From NCBI GenBank assembly GCA_013239625.1, contig MU053754.1, positions 1,345,966 to 1,409,965 of the forward strand: 64,000 nt of DNA. Direction: 5' to 3'. Source of the DNA: Lama guanicoe. Taxonomy: Eukaryota. A program made the translations under genes and the position numbers. A model generated the notes under the pieces. That model was not told the DNA's origin and ran no database searches. It saw nothing but the letters and a program-made list of their open reading frames with translations. Below, one piece after another: positions 25,507 to 39,596 of this stretch (positions are counted from its first letter, which is position 1; the number at the start of each line of letters is the position of its first letter).

Positions 25507-28500
25507 CAGTGAGGGACATTTAGCTACTCACTGAGTACTATTCAGATACAGACTTGGAATCACAAGTTTATCCCAGCCCAAAATAATTCCTGCATATTGT
25601 TTTACTTGGTTCAAAGGGAGGCGATGACTATAACATTCATTTGTCTTGCTTGTCATTTATGCAGCTATGAGCTCTGATACGATCTGGAGGGATTTTTTTT
25701 TTGTCACACTTTTGCTCTTTTGTTATCAGTCTAAAGAAAATGTAATAAAAGCTGAAGCACTACAAAGATGTCCACTTGGTACTAGATATAGCCAGTTTAA
25801 CATGGCACTGCGCTAAGTTCAATCACAGCTTTGTTTATGGATGAACTTTTTAGTTCATCCTCATAAATCTAAGCTAATTAAAATCTCAAATCTCAGTTGT
25901 CCTGTAGCCCAGTTCTCCACTGAAGCTATCCACAATGAAATATGAAGATAATAAAATTATTCTAGGGGTCGCAGTCTAGGAGACACTTCCAAAACTCATG
26001 AACAGTCATAGAAATGAAGCAAATGAAGCCAGGGGCTGTGCAAGATGTTCTTACTGAGTTAAGACTTCATCTCCCTGGGTGGCGGGTAGTAAAACCACAG
26101 AAAGGCAGGAATCAAGCTCATATTCCAGAAATATCTCAGTTTTCTTTAAATAAGGGAACTACATTTGCTCTAACATTGTTCAGGTGTGTGTCTGTGTGGG
26201 CCTCATTCCACACAGCCCTGATTCCCCTTAATGAGAACAAAGCCCTTTAAACCAAAGACTTTGGGTTAAGGCTGCCTTGGAGGACATCTGGTAAACCAGG
26301 CAAAAGTTGGGCAACGTTGTGATGTCTTTGCAGCTGAAGGCAAGGGTTACATCAAGGCTGTCCAATTTCCACTGGACTGGAACAGAGCACAACAATGTCA
26401 TTGCCTCAGCAGAAAACTGAGGATAAGCATGGAAAGAAAGAGAGAAAATAGATGGAAACCAATTTGTGAAACAGCAATGCACTCTAAGTTCATTGAATTA
26501 ATAATAAAAATTGCAACACTGTCTGAAGGCTATTAAAGATCCATATAGAGAGAGGAAAAAAAACAAAAAAAGAAGAATAGCATTATTTCGGGCAAGGCAA
26601 TATACTGAAGCAATGAATGTTCAAAGTGGGATATATGTCACAATAAATAAAGCTGTATTTAAATCAAAGGTTCTCAGCTAATGCCTGCCAAACTCCAATG
26701 GAGGGCCAGTAAAATAAACGATGAGAGAGAGCAAAACAAAGATAGGGGGTGCCTTGGTTGGCAAAGAACATTGCTCCTCAAAGGAACTGCCTGAGGTTTT
26801 GTTCTGTTTAACTGTGGACTCTACTTTCTTGGTTCTGATTTGACAGCATTCAAAGAGAGCTGGTTTTACAAAACACCCAGGAAGGGCTCCTGCACAAGAA
26901 ATTACCAGCACGCTTGCAAACTGCTCCAGCAAAGGAAATGTTTTAGATTGACCAGGGCTTCAAATAAAAAGGGGTCCTCTCTAGAGAGTCATCAACAAGA
27001 CTCAACAACGGATGTGGGCCGGTGGAAGAAAAGCCCACAGCTAAACTTCTCTCAGCAAGATGGACACAGGTATAACAGAAAAAAAAATATGTTTAAATAA
27101 GATCACTGCAGAGTTGCTTTTTGTTCTTGAAGACTGTATCATTGTCCACTGTCCTCAGCAGGCTGTGTTTCTCCTTCAGTGGGCAGTTGAGAAGCACATT
27201 CAAGGGCAGACTCTCATTTGCCAGTAATGATCTCAAGAATGTATCTTGCAACCTGCAGCCTGCTGAGCTACACGGACAGGAATCCTTTTCAGGACCAGCT
27301 GGACAGAATCTGAGGGTATCTCGCTAACACACCTGTACCAACACAAACTCCATTGACAGAATATTCTATAAAGGCTACTGGCAGCTTTCTGCCATAAACT
27401 CCATGTACCAGATTCTTAAATGAAATAGTCGGTTAAGGGGCTACCCGGTTGAGACATTTGCCTAAGAAAATGAAGGAGTCCTCTACCTCTCCGTTTCACA
27501 AAAATATCAAAATGATTAACTGAGAACATCTAACTCAACACACAGAAGGTAAAATACAAGTATAATTTCCCAGAGATTGTATCTGAGTATTATGGACAAC
27601 CAAACATGATATTCAATTTTGTCATTAACTTCCAGCGCCTCTTCCTAAGAAGCTGATTAACAAAGCAAACAAAAATTCACGTTGGAATGCCAGAAGAGAA
27701 TAATTTCTCTCTGAAGTATTCGCCTTTCTTGTGCGGTCCAAGCTTCGCAGTTCTGCCAGTTCACTTGCTCACATCCCCCACGGTTCTGCTTCCATGATGC
27801 TCTGCCCTGAGTGCTGCTGTCCCTGATGAGAGTCTTTCTTACTTTCTGTAGGAACTCATGTTAATGCTTATGTGCTTTTTCCAGCTTCTGAGCACTCTGC
27901 CCCGTGTCTGAGAGTATTCTACTGCAGTACAGAAATGCAAGAGATTTTCAGACTCCTTTTCCTGGAGAGGTCCTTGCCCGCCTGGAGCCGAAAATGGATA
28001 TTCCCATTGTAGACACAAACCCTCGACAGGCACAAGCATAGAAGCGTGTCCTGGGTAAGGACATTAAATAATCGAAACTGACTATAGTTGCTTCTCCACT
28101 TTCAGGTGGTAATACCGGATTCTCAGTTCAGAAAAGTAGGAGGAAATACAGGACTAAAGTGTACATTAGGGAATAAGAGATGAGGATTCCGTGGAATAAG
28201 AGATGTAGCCTTGAGACTTAATGAAGTGACAGGACAGAATTAAAACCTAGTGGATTTGTCTGTCCATTAAAGATCAATGAGAAAAACTTCCTAGGAGAGA
28301 ATTATCCTATAACCATCTTCCCGGACTTTGGAGTTGGCAAGAAATTACTCGTATAAGAAATCATACTCAAAATGTAGATTAACTGCATGGTGCAAGAATC
28401 CCAAAACAAAAAAGTTCATCCCTCATAGCAGAAGCAAATGCAAAGTGGTTCTATAAAGCTCCTCCTGAACCTGACATGGAATACTAAAAGGAAGAACTAC

Positions 28501-29360
28501 GGAAGGTGAGCTCATAATGAATGCAAAGGTCCACAACAAAAGGGTCCGCTGTGAAAGAGATCGTTGGCGCCCTAAAAACTAAGGTAATTACTTAAAGATT
28601 ATTCAAGTTCCCTTTATTATGTTTAACACAGATTTTTTCTTTAAGGAATAGAAACCCCGACAAAAGAATAGGACACTACGTGAAAAGAACGAGGTTATTT
28701 GAAAATTAGTCAAGTCAATTTCTAGAAATGAGAAAATGTAGTCAATGACAATCTACGAATGGAAGGAAGGTTACCAGACCACCTTTACGAAACAGGTAGC
28801 AATGATGCTGTCTTTGGAACTGGTGCCCTTCTTCATTATACTGCATGATACACCTAAGACAATAACTTGCTTTCCCCTGTGCCCTGCTCCAGCACCACAA
28901 CAGGACAACACGAACAGCTGAGAAGCCAAAAAGCAGAGTGGACTCTTCTTCCAATTGTCACTTGAAAGCATACTTTCCCTATGTTCTTTCCAGGTCTTCA
29001 TGCATATTCTGTAATAGAGAGAGCTGCATTCAAAGTTATGGAAGCATCTAGTTCGTCTCCTTGGAGTAGCTCTGAGAATCCGAGAGGAGGTGAAGAAATC
29101 CAAGTCCCAGGGCTCCTGCAGCTTTCAGGAACTCGGGTAGTTTATCTGTACAGACAGCAGCCCTGACTCTGTCCTGAGATCACATAAATTCAATAACTTG
29201 TTAAGTGAGGTACACTGAAGCCATTGCCTATCTGTTCCAAATAAAATTTACATTTCTCTTACAATATAGAAATTAAACACTGACCTTTTCTGTTGTGTAT
29301 GCCCTCCATACAAGAAAGGGTATTTGTAAACTGGGAAATTAGATGGCTTGGATGACTCAC

Positions 29361-29384
29361 CAAAACAAGACCGAAGATAAACAG
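29361..29384 (-). CDS. Candidate 24-nt microexon, (A)VYLRSCF in phase 1
   Basis: Minus strand TTTTAATTTTATTGCTGTCCCTGCAG|CTGTTTATCTTCGGTCTTGTTTTG|GTGAGT. Both splice sites near consensus; frame-preserving. Confidence 0.3.
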
Positions 29385-29944
29385 CTGCAGGGACAGCAAT
29401 AAAATTAAAAATATCTCTTGAACACTGGGACATATTCTGAGAATTAGAACTTAATTAGCAATAAATATTTTGGTAAGCCACTAATAACCGAGTAGCATTT
29501 TATCTAAGCAAGAGGAAGTATTAACTGGACATACCAAACTTTCTCCATAATTAAAAATAGTACTTCCAAACATTAGGCTATGGTTCTCCCCTATTGAGCT
29601 CAAATGTAACTCAACTTTCTGAAAATATACCCTAGACACTGGGAGTGTAGAAATGGTCTCTTTCCCCTCTATACCTTCATCCAGTTTAACTTCATGTGAG
29701 CGTAGGGAGTTAGAGGATGACCTGTGGTTCAGAAGATGTCACTGCTGCCATTTTTACAAGTATGAATATAAATCTGTGGTAGAAGGAACCTCCTGATGGG
29801 ATTAATCATCCAGATCCCCATCGGAAAAGCTTTCTGGTCAAAGCAGGACAAGACTAGCAGGGAAGGTCCCCTAAGAACTCAGCTGCCACTTCTAATGAAA
29901 TGTCCTTACATGCAGAAGACGCTTCAGACTAAACCAGTAGAGTT

Positions 29945-30080
29945 GGGGGAGGGTATAGCTCAGTGGTTGAGTATGTGCTTAACATGCACGAGGTCCTGGG
30001 TTCAATCCCCAGTACTTCCAATCAATCAAGAAACTTAATTATCTCCCCCACAAAAAAAAATAAACAAAAAAAGAAAAAAA
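29945..30080 (+). mobile_element. tRNA-Ala-derived SINE (Vic-1 type)
   Basis: gggggagggtatagctcagtggttgagtatgtgcttaacatgcacgaggtcctgggttcaatccccagtacttcca plus A tail; degenerate TSD aaaccagtagagtt (29931-29944) / aaacctggcagagtt (30078-30092). Confidence 0.92.
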
Positions 30081-32166
30081 CCTGGCAGAGTTAACTGTGC
30101 TTATATTTCTGTTTAAAAATAGTGGGAAAACAAGTCCCTGTATTCTATACACAGAAACTAACCAATCGGTAAAATCAGAAAGTTAATATGAACTATAGAT
30201 GATAAAAGCTAGGTAAAAATAAAATTAAAGTGTTCCTTTCAGATAAGTTTGCCATCTTGAAACTACAAAATCAAGAGAAAATAAATTTTCTCACCTGCCA
30301 CTTCATATCTAGTGTGTACACATTTTTAGGAAAGGGACTCATGACCCAAGTATAGAGACAAAAGAAACTTCCTGCCCTTCCACCTCTCTCTACGAAAGGA
30401 CACAAGTATCCATACTAGAGAAACTTTCCTCTCTCTGACTCTTCCCGGCCCCATGCTTGGCCAAGGACAGAGCACAGAATGTCAGTGGGAGGTTTAACTA
30501 ACAGAGCCTCTTAAATCTTTCCTTCAAGTGTCTCCAGCAGCACCAGAGCCAGAGGAATGTTCCTTGGGAATGAGAGAGGCCATAGCAGTTCTACCAGTGT
30601 GGAATTTCTTTCAAAGCAATTGTATTTTTTATAAATTGTGATTTATCTCAAGAAATTAATGCAAATGTTGCCTTTGACAACTTATCCAAGTCATTAGAAA
30701 ACCAAGTTTTAGGATGGTAAATTTTAAGTTTTAACATGGTCAGCATGTTTTAAACTACTTGCTATCATGCGAAGCATAGGCATAGGTCTGTAGAGAGATA
30801 AGCGGGTCATCCTGTACTTTTCAGATCCCTGGCACACCTCCTCACACCCCTGAGGATAACCCACATGTAAGGCTGAGATAGGAGGTCAATGGATTTCAGT
30901 CTTTTGGCCCACTGGGACAACTCACAGCACTGAAACTCACTTTTGATAACTCATTCAAGTATAGAACTCAAAAAAAAAAAAAGAAATTCAAACATTTTGC
31001 TAAAAATAGTGAAGAGAGAGGAAAGCACATGAGCAAGCGACATCAGACTTTCCTTTTGTGATCACTGCCTCCTTCACAAATCCTGGGCTGACATCACACC
31101 TGATCTACACCACATGTTGCTCTAAGGATCTACATTTTATCTTTCAACTGTGATTGATAAACTCATGAAATGCCTTATGATTTATGTGCCTTATGAGTTT
31201 TTGAAAGCCCTACTACATTTAGCCAACTAGATCATCAAGGATATGTGATTCGTAGGACAAAGGAGGTACAAAGCAAGGAGAGAAACCCTCCCTGATGCGC
31301 AGGCGTACAAGGAAGGCCTAAAACTGCCAGTGAACAGGAACACTGAGGAAAATCCTCCAGCAACCCAGTCTCAGTTCTGAGGAAAAGATAATGCAGAGGA
31401 ATTGGAAGCTCCTTGTGTATGGAAGGCACACCATAACAACAACAAGAGGAAAAAAATCCAGCCCCTCTCCTGATAGACTCAGCATTAGAAGAGGTATGTC
31501 CGTTCCAGACAGAAATATTATTTATCTCAGTCCCTACTATGTACATATTATGTCCAGCATCCAATTCCTTTAAAAATGAGGCACACAAAAAAGCAAGGAA
31601 AGAACCCACACTCAAGAGGAAAAAGCCATCAACATAACCAGACTAAGAGATAGTCATGTGTTGAAATTATCAAACAGGGAATAGCTATGAATCATATGCT
31701 AAAAGTACCAGTGGACTATGTGGAAAACATGCATGAAGAGATGGAGAATTTGGGTGGAGACATGGAAACTCTTAGACATATATGGAAGTTTTAGAATTTG
31801 TTTTTAAAGGCGTGCTAACAGACATGAAGAATGCCTTCAACTGGCAGATCAGCAGACTCAGCCAAGAAAGAATTAGTGAATCTGAATGCAGGTCAATAAA
31901 AATTACCCAATAAAACACTGAGATAAAGAGGAATGGAGAAAAACAAAACAGAACAGAGCATCCAAGAGTTGTGCGACAATATCAAACAGAGCATCCAAAG
32001 AGGTGTGGGACAAAATCTAAAAAGGGTGACTGGATTCCTAGAACAAGACAGAGGCAAAACATGGCAAAATATTTATTTGAAAAGGTAATGGCTAACAACT
32101 TTTTTAAATAATTAAAGATACAAAACCATCATTCCAGTAAGTTCCATAGGCAGGTGAACAACGCAC

Positions 32167-34599
32167 AAACAGAAATCTGTTGCATTTCTATACGTAACAA
32201 TGAAATATCAGAAAGAGAAAGTTTTAAAAAATCCCATTTAAAATGACATCAAAAAGAATAAAATACCTAGAAATAAACTTAACCAAGGAGGTGAAAGACC
32301 TGTACTCTGAAAACTATAAAACACTGATAGAGGAAATTGATGATGATATAGAGAAATGGAAAGATATACCATGCTCTTGGATTGGAAGAATTAATATTGT
32401 TAAAATGGCCATAACTACTCAAAGCAATCTACAGATTAATGCAATCCTATCAAAATATCCATGGCATTCTTCACAGAACTGGAAAAAATAATCCTAAAAT
32501 TCATATGGAACCAAAAAAAAACCCGAATTGCCAAAGCAATCTTGAAAAAAAAGAACAAAGATGGAGGAATAACCCTCCCAGATTCAGACAGTAATCAAAA
32601 TGTTACCCCAAAAGGTAAAGAGGAAAGACCCCAGTTCTTGTCACACCTGAAAGATAAGATTATTGACAGGAGACAGAGAGAGCTGTGTAGTGAAAGATTT
32701 TAAAAGATTTATTTAGGAAAAGAAAATACACCCCCAAGAACGGGAGGCGGGCTGATGCAAGGGGGAAAGGCAGTGGTCTCTGTCTGCCCTTTCTCTTACA
32801 CTCTTGCTTAGAGGAGGTCTTTTCATTGATTGACAGTCCTTGCCCCTAGAATGCTTAGTCATGTTTGGCCCCTTTGCCCATGTCCTTATCCATGATGCAC
32901 ACAGAGAACCCCATGGAGGTGAGGCCTAAACTGCAATGTTAATTATATTACAATAAGCACTGGGTCACGGCGGTTAAGTCCTTTTGACTAATGAACAGTT
33001 GTGGCTGTCAGGTTCTAACCAGCTTCGTGCTGGCATCATTTAGAGGAAGTAAAGCCCCTTTATGCTGGAGGCAGGCATAATGCCATCTTCCAGACCATCC
33101 TCTCTCCTCTCTACCTATCTGCCAGGTGCCCCAACTTTCTAACTACCTAATAAAAACAGTATGGCACTGGCACAAAAACAGACACACACAGATTAATGGA
33201 ACAGGATAGAAAGCCCAGAAATAACACATCTATGGTCAATTAATCTTGACAAAGGAAACAAGGATATACAATGAAGAAAAGACAGTCTCTTCAACAAGTG
33301 GTGCTGGGAAAACTGGACAGCAACACGTAAACAATGAGATTGGAACATTCCCTCCTACCATATACAAAAATAAACTCAAAATGGACTAAAGATCTAAATG
33401 TAAGACCTGAAACCATAAAATTCCTAGAAGAGAATATACATAGAACACTATCTCCCAAGGCAAAAGACATCAAAGCAAAAATAAACAAATGGGACCTAAT
33501 CAAACTTAAAAGGTTTTCCATAGCAAAAGAAACCATGACAAAATGAAAAGACAGCCTACTGAATGGGAGAAAATATTTGCAAATGATGTGAGTGAGAAGG
33601 GGTTAATACCCAAAATATATAAACAGCTCATACAACTAATATCAAAAACAGAAACAACCCAATCAAAAAATGGCCAGAAGACCTAAACAGACATTTTTCC
33701 AAAGAAGACATACAGGAGGCACATGAAAATATGCTCAATATTACTAACTACTAGAGAAATGCAAATCAAAACAAGATACCATCTCACACCTGTCAGAATG
33801 GCTGTCATCAAAAAGTCTACAAATAAGAAATGCTGGAGACAATGCGGAGAAAAGGGAACCCTCCTACACTGTTGGTAGGAATGTAAATTGGTGCAGCCCA
33901 CCATGGAAAACAGTGTGGAGGTTCCTCAAAAAATTAAAAATAGAATAATCATATAATCTAGCAATTCCACTCCTGGGTATACATCCAGAAAAGATGAAAA
34001 CACTAATTAAAACAGATACATGCACCCCAATGTTCATAGCAGCACTGTTTGATAGCCAAGACATGGAAGCAACCCAAGTGCCCATCAAGAGACAAACAGA
34101 GAAAGAAGATGTGGTCTATGTATATATATAAAGGAATATACTACTCAGCCATAAAAAGGAATGTGGAAATTCTGCCATTTGCAGCAATGTGGATGGACCT
34201 AGAGAACATTATCCTTAGTGAAATAAGTCAGACAGAGAAAGAGAAAATACTGTAACTTATATGTGAAATCTAAAAACAAAAAACAAATAAACAAATAAAT
34301 GTATATGCAAAACAGAAACAGATCACAGATAAAGAAAACTAGTGTTTACCAAAGGGGAGAAGGAAGGAGGGAGGGACAAATTAGGGGGTTTGAGATCAAC
34401 AGATATAAACCACTATGTATGCTATAAATAAGCAATAACAATATACTGTACAGTACAGGAAATTATAGCCATTATCTTGTAATAACTTACAATGGAGTAT
34501 AATCTGCAAAAATAATAAATCACTATGTCATACATCTGAAACTAATAAAACACTGTAAATCAACTATACTTCAATTAAAAAAATAAAAATAAAAAAAAA
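32167..34599 (+). mobile_element. 5'-truncated L1 (ORF2 3' half, 3' UTR, polyA)
   Basis: ORF2 peptides [77 protein letters not shown]; frameshifted; polyA at ~34577-34599. Confidence 0.96.
32601..33152 (-). mobile_element. ERV class I-type solo LTR (552 bp)
   Basis: Splits the L1 sequence cagtaatcAAAA|AAAAcagtatgg with a 4-bp TSD; starts tg, ends ctaactacctaata (TATTAGGTAGTTAG on minus); tttatt (AATAAA on minus) near 32708. Confidence 0.85.
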
Positions 34600-35366
34600 C
34601 AGGCACACATACACTGTTAAACTCAATGTAATCAAACTGTAAAAACCAAAGATAAAGGAGTAATCTTAAAGGCAGCGGCCTGGGGTGGGGTGGGGATAGG
34701 GGCTGCATTATGTAATTACAGAGGAATAAAAATAACCATTACAGCAGACTTCACATCAGAAACTGAAAACCAGAAGATGGGGGTGGGGGGTGACATCTAT
34801 AAAGCGCTGAAAGAAAAAAAAAAGAAAAACTGTCAATCCAGATTCTACACCAAGAGAAAACAGCTTTCAAAATGACAGAGAAATAAAAACTCTTCCAGAC
34901 AAATAAAAACAGAAAACTCATTACCAGGAGACTTAAGGTACAAGAAACATTAAAAGATGTTTTTCAAATAAAAGAAGTATGATAACAGAAACTTCATTCT
35001 GAACAAAGAAATGAAGATTTCCAGAATTGGAGAAAAATTAAAAATAAATTAGAAAACATGTGTTTCTTATTTTTAATTGCTCTAAAAGGATATTGATTTT
35101 CTAAAGCAAAAATAGAAGCAATGTAGTGTATGTCTATAGCATATGTAAAAGTAAAATATACTCTAAAAATAGCGTAAAGGGTCGGGGGGAAGGGAGTATA
35201 TTGCTGTAAAGTCTTTATGCTACTTGAAGTGGTATAATATTATTTGTAGGTAGATTGTAACTAATAAAAGAAGTATATTTTAAACCATAGGACAACCACT
35301 TTAAATGGTATCAGTAATATGGTAATGGTAGAGATAAAATTGAATCATAAAAAATAATTTATCAAG

Positions 35367-35528
35367 CAACAAGTTCATACAGCACAGGGAACTAGATTCA
35401 ATATCTTGTAGTACTTATCGTGAAAAAGAATATGAAAACGAATATGTATATGTTCATGTATGACTGTATACCAGAAGTTGACACACTGTAAACTGACTAT
35501 ACTTCAATTAAAATATATATAAAATAAT
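35367..35528 (+). mobile_element. Very short lineage-specific L1 3' end
   Basis: cagcacagggaactagattcaatatcttgtag...gactatacttcaatt; TSD aataatttatcaag (35353-35366) / aataacttatcaag (35529-35542). Confidence 0.88.
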
Positions 35529-38500
35529 AATAACTTATCAAGACCCACTTAATAATTGATACATCAAGAATTAAGGAGAAACCAGGCCCTCCTAAATGCT
35601 TAAAAATATACAGATATACTTAAATACATAGAAGTAAGCTTGGAAACTAGGGATCCGGTCTAGGTCCTAAGAATCTTCAGCAACAGTCATCAATAAAATG
35701 CAAAGAGTAAACATTTGTCTTTTACTATTAGACCAAACACTAATTACACAGACATGATTGAAGATCTGAACGAATAGGCTGTGACACAGACGACGCCTGT
35801 TTAAAGAACAAGCTACGTAATCAACAAGGTCACCTTACCCATCCAGCAACTTCAGCTATTGATTCAAATTCAGTTTCACACCGAATCACTCATTCCTGAC
35901 CTGCATGTTTAGTACTTTACTCTCATTGACCTTTCCTTACTGATACACAAAAGGGAAAGCTTCTCTAGAAATGCTTAGTGAAAGAAATTTTATTTCATTT
36001 CATTTTGGTCTTTGAGCATGAGTCAAATACATCAGCACAAAACTAAGTGATCAGCCTGGTTCATCAGCATGACATGAACGTTTCCCATGAGAGAAAAATC
36101 AGTCCTTAAAAAAATCTCTGAAAAATACCTGCAGTACCTCAATCCTCATTATAGAAACAAATTTAAAGTTACTACAATGTACCTTTAAGTTTATAGAATA
36201 AGACATAGTCATGATTCTATTTCTGATAAAAAGAATGCACTGTTACCATCTTTCTCCACCTTTTGATTCTCCCAATAATTGGTCACCACATAACATCAGA
36301 TCAAAATGCTGACATCAGAAGACTTCTTGGTCTCCAGAGATATTTACAGATCTATGTACGTAAGGATGGTTATAAATTAAGTATTCTAAAATTATTTCCA
36401 CTTATAGTCATGATAAATCGAAGCAGCAAAGTAAAAGGTCACAATAAACTTCAAGGAAGAACAAAAGAATCATTAAATTTCCAAAGTATATTTCAGTGTA
36501 CTGATTTAGGGCATAGCAATAAAAAGGTCAACCACAAACCTTCATTTGGTACTCAGATTTTTTTTTCCAGTAGGCACTTTCTTAAACTTGATAGCTCATA
36601 GAAAGAGTATTTAATTTGAAGGTTTCTGAGTTTTCTGTTAACCCACAAGAACATACTTATGTGGTGACTGCATCCATGCAAACACCTGAGGTTGAGAAGA
36701 CGTGGTAGACATGACAAGATGTGCAATACAGCCCACATCACATTGCCCTCTTGGTTCGATCCACAGCCATTTAGGTTGAACAATATGTGAAACTGCCAAC
36801 TGGACTTGCTTTGACCTACAAAATGGCAATTTCATAAAGTTCAACTGAATAGCGTAAAGACCTGGACAAGCCACATAACATCTTTTCTCTTGTTTCTTCA
36901 TCTCTGAAACTAAATTGGTGACTTAGTAGATCATCACTGAGATTTCTTCAGGTCATAAAAACGTACACATGTGAGGCTGAAAATCACAGGAGGTGAAGAC
37001 AGCAACTCAAGGGGTGGACAGTCCACTCCGAGGAGGTAAGACAGAAACAAATAAAACCCCCAAATACCATAGATCTGTTCAGAGAGTAAAGTGCCCCAAA
37101 GCGATTTTTTTTTCTTTTAAGATTTCTTATAGAATTTGTGGTCAGAATTTTTGGGGAGACAACTAGATGAGAAAAGTGTTTAAATTTACCTCACTCTATA
37201 AGGCAATTTCTGTTAAGATAAATGAAGTCAAATCACAGTCATCCCTATTTCAGTCACCTGTTTTGAGTCAAAGCTAGGCTATCTGGTTACCACGTGCCTG
37301 TGAAAACAATTGAGATGGTTGGTAACACATAACAAAGAGGTAACACGCAACAAAGAGTTATAAGCCTTATAAGAGTTATAAGCTATAAATCTCCTGTCTT
37401 CTTGATACCAGTAACACCACAAAATAGACTGTTTCCAGATCTGCCTGTGCAATCTGTTTTCCTAATAAATCCAAAACTGCAGAATATACTTACTTGACTA
37501 AGACTTGTTTATCGTTCTGTCATCTGTCCGAAATACTAATAGGACTTTACTCTACCAGAACAACTGCCTCACCCCCACCCCATTTCTGTGTTCATTTTCC
37601 TTTTCTTGTGACCAACCCAAGATGTCTTAACATCTTGAGTTTCTGCTAATTGCTAAAGTCTTATAGCAAGCTTCTGAGGCCTCTAAGAGGAGCTAACCAT
37701 TTCTATCTGCTGGCCTTTCATTTCCTACAAAGACTCAACAGTTTCCCTACTAAGATAAAAAAAAAAAAGAGATAAATGATCTGCTAATGGGCTTGTCGTC
37801 AAGGGAGAGGGGGTGAGGAACATGACTTCCGTGTTAATTAACAGAGAAATGAGTACCAGAAGTAACATGCTTGAGAAGCTCATAGGAGAGAGCTGTTTAA
37901 ATATTCAGGTCTTCCTTCTTTTCCTCCTTTTTTTTTTTTTGCATTTCCAAGTTTAGGAAAGTTTATCGCTGATAAACTTGTACAAGAACAAATCTGCCTA
38001 GGATACCTGGCCCTAGTGATAAGTAACCTCACCTATTTGACTCCAGTGCCTCCCACTGCTCTGGTGATTTTGTATGTAAGCCATGACATGAAAAACTGAA
38101 GAACATACTGAAGCATTCTGAGGGTGGTGAGCTGTATCAGCCATGAGGGAGTTTACTTTACAAGCTGTTCAGTGGCAAACAGGGCAATGAATATGCACAG
38201 GGGTCTTAGTTAACTTTAATTCATACACTAGAGGTAGTTATTTAGCATAAGCAGGAATTCACACTTCAAAGGTAGCTTTCAGGCACTTCCAATACTATTG
38301 GACACTGGAAGGCATATTAATTAAAGACACGAATGCTGCTCGATAAAGGTGCTTGCATAAGGAGGTAAAAGAATCAGCAAGCTGGGCAGCAGCATTGCTT
38401 CAGAGAAGGGTTCAACATGTGAATGTCACTCCATTCCATCACTTGACATAAGAAACCTGCAGCACTCTGCCTCAAATATCAAGTAGCCTGGTTCTGCCTT

Positions 38501-38779
38501 CAGAGTATCATTGTGTAAAGTCATATGCCATGTAATGCAGAAAGCATGGAAGTATAATCATTTAGGAAAATACACACGGCAACCCCCAAAAATTACATTA
38601 TTGGCTGAAATCAGATGGTAGAAGAAGGAACGAGGAAGGAAGAGAAACTTGCTATTATTTCATTACTTAGAGTAGAAAAATAGTAAATGATGTATAAAGA
38701 AACAAAAGCTTGAATGTATTATGTAAAGACCACCCTTAAAACAAACATATACGCTTTCTAAGACAGAAGTATGCACCAA

Positions 38780-38864
38780 TTCATAGCAGCACTACTGACA
38801 TGGAAGCAACTTACATGTCCACCCACAGATGACTGGATAAAGAATATGTGGTATGTGTGTGTGC

Positions 38865-38896
<32 letters not shown>

Positions 38897-39414
38897 TGGA
38901 ATATATATATACACAATGGAATATTACTCAGTTATTTTAAAAAAATGAAATAATGCCATTTCATTATGGGGAAGTGTTGAGTCTGTTTTCAGCAAATGAA
39001 AGTTCAGTAGACAGAAATGGCCGCAACATAGATGGACCTAGAGATTATCATACTGAGTAAGTCAGAGAAAGACAAATACCATATGATATCACTTATATGT
39101 GAAATCTAAAATATGACACAAATGAACTTATTTATGAAACAGAAACAGACTCACACACATAGAAAACAAACTTATCGTTACCAGGGGAGAATAGGGAAGA
39201 CAGATAAACTAGGAGTATGGGATTAGCTGATACTAACTACTATATATAAAATAGATAAACAAGGTCTTACTATATAGCACAGGGAACTATATTCAATAGC
39301 TTATAATAATCTATAATGAAAAAATATATATGTATGTATGTATAACTGAATCACTATGCTGAACACTAGAAACTAACACAACATTGTAAATCAACTATAC
39401 TTCAAATTTTTAAA
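38780..39414 (+). mobile_element. 5'-truncated L1 3' end with internal (TG)n(TA)n
   Basis: FIAALL...WKQLTCP.TDDWIKNMWY plus 3' UTR; TSD aagtatgcaccaa (38767-38779) / aagtgtgcaccaa (39415-39427). Confidence 0.92.
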
Positions 39415-39596
39415 AAGTGTGCACCAAAGGCAAAGCACATAGACCACATACTGAATGCATGTATTTTTAAAAAGCTGTTAAAACAGAAAACATAAAATTG
39501 CTTGGGAGAATACTAATAGTCATTAATAAATGAATATGGAGTTAACACTTACTAAACACATTCTTCAAACAAAACCATCTAAAACGCACACTGATT

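Larger units (their letters stand above)
31430..35360 (+). mobile_element. Old L1 ORF1 region (31430-32165 and 34600-35360), split by a younger L1
   Basis: ORF1-type motifs on both sides: atgaagaatgccttcaactggcagatcagcagact, cagagcatccaagag; then aatcaaactgtaaaaaccaaagataaag, acagcagacttcacatcagaaac. Confidence 0.75.

Noticed and set aside
27839..29166. ORFs at 27839-28039 and 28742-29166 as exons or a processed pseudogene
   Set aside because: No recognisable homology, polyA or TSD, and no consistent reading frame with strong splice sites.
30295..37209. Additional minus-strand microexon candidates (14 nt near 30295, 20 nt near 37190, 24 nt near 35941)
   Set aside because: Weak acceptors or donors; such short AG..GT pairs arise readily by chance.
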